A DNA stretch of 64,000 nt, from assembly GCA_946558465.1 (NCBI GenBank), contig CAMNTM010000010.1:1574-65573 (forward strand). Reading direction: 5' to 3'. Origin of the DNA: an uncultured Lachnospiraceae bacterium. GTDB lineage: Bacteria > Bacillota > Clostridia > Lachnospirales > Lachnospiraceae. The notes beneath the pieces were generated by a model. It was not told where the DNA came from, made no database searches, and saw only the letters and a program-made list of their open reading frames with translations. This document shows, in pieces, positions 63,439-64,000 of the stretch; position 1 is the stretch's first letter, and every line of letters begins with the position of its first letter. The translations under genes and the position numbers were made by a program.

Positions 63439-64000
63439 TATTCAGACCTCCAAAGCAAACTATAAAGCAAAGTAATGCCTTTTTCTAAAACAACAGAAAG
63501 CATCCAGGAAATTACACATGTCCATATTAACGTACTTACAAATGTAATGATTAGAGCACCGGTAAACGATATATATTCGAGCAGTTTTTGCATTATATAA
63601 TATCCCCATACGTATATCACTATAACATGTGACACATAAATATAAAATGATATTACCCCCCCCCTTGCCAGAAAAGGACAACTTAGCGCTTTTTTTGCAC
63701 GCTCACATTGAAACAAAAAAAGAAGAGCAACAAAGCATAAGATGCCCTGTCCAATAAATAAAACCTCATTTTCCCCCATATGAAGGGACATAACCTTATA
63801 TACGGTGAATAATCCCATAAAAACGAGGCCTATAATTTCCTTTTTCAACTTAAAAGTATGATTCAGATAATAAACAACTCCTCCCATACACCCAATCCCA
63901 ACCCAGGTCCATCCACAGGCAAGAGCACCCACAATTACACATAACAATACTATCAAACTTATTTTCTTTACTCTAAAAGCCGAAAATAAAACAGCAATAA
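63438..64000 (-). CDS. acyltransferase-3 (OatA/WecH-like) family membrane protein, C-terminal part (5' end beyond the window)
   Basis: The reading frame stays open to the window edge. The track TTG at 63956 is not a real start, since upstream in-frame codons read ...IAVLFSAFRVKKIS. Multi-helix sequence with VISFYIYVSHVIVIY, resembling the conserved C-terminal motif of acyltransferase_3. Confidence 0.55.
   Translation of the reverse strand, partial: IAVLFSAFRVKKISLIVLLCVIVGALACGWTWVGIGCMGGVVYYLNHTFKLKKEIIGLVFMGLFTVYKVMSLHMGENEVLFIGQGILCFVALLFLFQCERAKKALSCPFLARGGVISFYIYVSHVIVIYVWGYYIMQKLLEYISFTGALIITFVSTLIWTCVISWMLSVVLEKGITLLYSLLWRSE

Overview
This looks like a chromosomal segment of a spore-forming Firmicute. 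Gene content and synteny look Clostridia/Lachnospiraceae-like, but that is inference, not a search result. About 60 protein genes are packed tightly. All but six (cotJABC, a PilZ gene, sigK, an HPr-like gene) lie on the minus strand. The supplied ORF track uses the longest ORF with GTG/TTG starts, so I re-read several starts against RBS motifs. Roughly 1-38.9 kb is housekeeping and sporulation. It holds degV, a SEDS protein, cotJABC, a MATE pump, glyA, an HtrA protease, tRNA-Arg(CCG), efp, aroK, guaB, groES/groEL with a CIRCE operator, codY, topA, dprA, comM, sigK, a yrrM-like methyltransferase plus U32 protein, RNase J, fur, ruvX, ireB, mtaB, thiI, nifS, rsmE, prmA, mntP and add. Roughly 38.9-64 kb is a cell-envelope glycopolymer locus. 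It holds gtrA, a cohesin-like membrane protein, two LCP ligases, glf, a flippase, five glycosyltransferases, an embedded glmS, and rfbA/rfbB. I found no CRISPR array, transposase, integrase, prophage, toxin-antitoxin or recognisable defence system. The best candidate for something undescribed is the near-gapless operon at about 53-64 kb. There, dTDP-4-amino-4,6-dideoxyhexose synthesis (RfbA, RfbB, WecE-like) is not followed by the usual acetyl-CoA N-acetyltransferase. Instead it is followed by a 784-aa fusion protein (SGNH-like domain with Cys at the nucleophile position, plus a CitC-type carboxylate-thiol ligase domain), a GtrB/ArnC-type polyprenyl-phosphate glycosyltransferase, a divergent DapB-like reductase, a two-Cys racemase-family protein, an ATP-grasp ligase, a polytopic membrane protein and an acyltransferase-3 protein. 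I read this as a lipid-carrier-mediated route that decorates a wall polymer with an unusually N-acylated amino sugar. That is a hypothesis from motifs and gene order only. Secondary oddities are non-coding tandem arrays in two intergenic regions (44-bp units at 16.07-16.34 kb next to a 24-bp perfect hairpin; 37-bp units at 33.97-34.16 kb). There is also a 131-bp inverted-repeat-bounded GC-rich element after cotJC. All protein calls rest on my recognition of motifs in the translations. No database search was run.
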